A stretch of 63,768 nt of DNA, counting the filler, from Phoronis australis (lineage: Eukaryota > Animalia > Phoronida), in NCBI GenBank assembly GCA_002633005.1. It is 7 parts of 7 records of this genome, joined end to end, with 100 filler letters (N's around TTAATTAATTAA, not from the genome) between each part and the next. Parts side by side here need not be neighbours in the genome. Positions count along the whole stretch, not along the records: positions 61,245 to 63,768 come from NMRA01002085.1; 6 more parts are not named here. One strand, 5' to 3'. The position numbers and the translations under genes are program-made. Shown here piece by piece: positions 61,801 through 63,768 of this stretch. The notes beneath the pieces are model-generated. The model was not told the DNA's origin. It saw only the letters and a program-made list of their open reading frames with translations, and did not search any database. Position 1 is the stretch's first letter, and every line of letters begins with the position of its first letter.

Positions 61801-63768
61801 GAAGTCACGTGATGTGGTCACAGATGGCGCGCTGACCAGACTTAGAAATGGCTACGAAATAATGATGATAACGACAACAATAGCGACAACGACAACAACA
61901 AAAACAACAACAAAAGTAATATTTTATTACCATATATGCGCGTTTTCAGGCCCATGCACGTAGTTCTGAAATAGTGCATTTTCCTCGAAGTTCTTGATCG
62001 AGTCAACTGTGTTACGCCGTTACCAAAAAACCCTTAGTTGCATTGCTTTGAGACCTTCTACAGGCCCACTGACACAAATGACGATTTATTTTCACCGTCC
62101 CTGCTTGGTCAACTTACCTCCCTGTTTGAGAAATTTTGGAAGTACATGTAATGTTCTTGTCAACTATGCAGTATTGTTATGGCTGCTTTCATGTGGACGC
62201 AGCTATCTTTCATTGTGACAGCAAGATTTTTGGTCTACACCTATGTGGTCACGTGACCAGAACGTTATTTCATACATATCCCTAAGGCGGAGCTCCCACT
62301 AATAGTCCTCTACTATCCATTTTAAAGACAATTTTACCTCATTGATCATGCCTTGGTCGGAAATATACCGATCACTCATTGCACACACCTTTATGCACTG
62401 TACTGATTTGGGCTTAAAGCACTGGATCAGGGTTCCCTTGATTTTGTTTACCAAGATCACTGTCCGTTTTAATAAACTGCAACTATTCAAGACAAACGTG
62501 GTCACCATATCCGGTAACTGTAAACTGAAATTGGTTTCCCAGATTTCAACATATGGCTGAATGTTATGACGTCACTCACATTATTTTAACCAAAGAGAAG
62601 CCATTTCAAGCAACATTCGCAGGTGTTACATTTCATAGCAATGTGAAAGATTGTATATACGGGGCGACCTAGCTGTGATACCTGGCGGAAAAAAATAATT
62701 AGATCCTATATATGTTTGGTTCGTAGAGTGCATTTTATTGCGTTTTTTTAGAATATTTTTGGGAATTCATGCACATTTGTGTAACGTAAATGAGGATTTG
62801 TCACACCGAAAATTGCAAAATATGAAGAACTGCTACTTGAGATTACGGTGACGCTAAGGCCACTTTAAGATGCTTCGAGTTAGTCACTTGCTACCATCGT
62901 GTAATGTTTTATGCTAACCTTACAGCTACAAGTAACTTATCTTGGCTTCGAGGTAGCCCCCCTGGCTGAATGCCAGGAATAGTCTGGATTCTGTTATCTT
63001 TTCAACTCCATTGGTAGAAACACTTTTGATAGCTTGTCAAACTTCATGTCAAGAGTTTTTAACAAGTCATTTTTGGGTATTAAAATCTCGTTATAGTATT
63101 TTACGGAAAGAAGTGGCATTTGGTTTCTCAATGTTTGTTTTCAATTACTAATAAACTGTTTAGCTCCTAATAACAGTTATGTTCCAGTAACTTTCGAAAA
63201 ACTACTAGGAATTGCGTAGCTACGTGCGTGCGTGTGCGTATGCGTATGGGTGGGTGGTTGTATCTGTGCGTGTGCGTATACATGCATCTATGTTATTTAT
63301 GTTTTCAATTGTTTATATGAAAATTCATTTCCACATTGGTAATTGTTGCCCAGATGTAGTTTATGTTAATTTGTTTTCTGAGCAGTACTGTGATCTGTAA
63401 TATTCACTTGTACACCTGTGAAATAAAATTTTAAGGAATGAGCATCCAATATTTTGTGTTGCTGACAGCGTACAGTTTACCTGCCAATTGCCCCCGCGTT
63501 TGGCTACTTTTTTAATTTTCCCGCCATCTCGCCACACCATCAAACTGTCCCGCATTTGATACACGGCGGAATAGACATATTATCACATACTATTGTAGTT
63601 TTCCACTTGACATGACCATATTTTCCCGTTCGACTAACAAGAACTAAAACGGGAGGTTTCATGGGTCTTGTAGCAACCGCAGTTTCCCATTCAACTGAAA
63701 AAACAAAAAACACGATGTCTGTAATGTTTATTACGAAAAATACAATGTTCTATAATAAGAGTTAAGCC

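Overview
This is AT-rich animal genomic DNA with spliceosomal GT-AG introns. A marine invertebrate, possibly a deuterostome, is my inference from the gene and repeat content. The window is not one contiguous locus. Seven contigs are joined by six artificial 100-bp linkers (N44-TTAATTAATTAA-N44), and single Ns mark internal joins, several of them next to near-identical duplications that look like uncollapsed haplotypes. Genes: TPGS2 (2 exons, minus) head-to-head with the pseudophosphatase STYX (7 exons, plus); two kinase-domain exons of PKN; an MS4A/CD20-like ORF; a decayed LRR gene; an orphan 66-nt exon; and a tRNA-Pro cluster. Most of the rest is mobile DNA. It includes a TRIM whose LTRs contain a tRNA-like Pol III unit, two Helentron-type (HINE) elements carrying co-oriented CTCF-like motifs every ~150 bp (one with its empty site alongside), a P-superfamily element with a spliced THAP pseudogene, a Kolobok relic with convergent THAP and KolX-like remnants, CR1/L2, DIRS and Penelope fragments, several MITEs, and a satellite made of alternately oriented units. 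All calls were made by eye, without database searches. Most ORFs in the supplied track are spurious.
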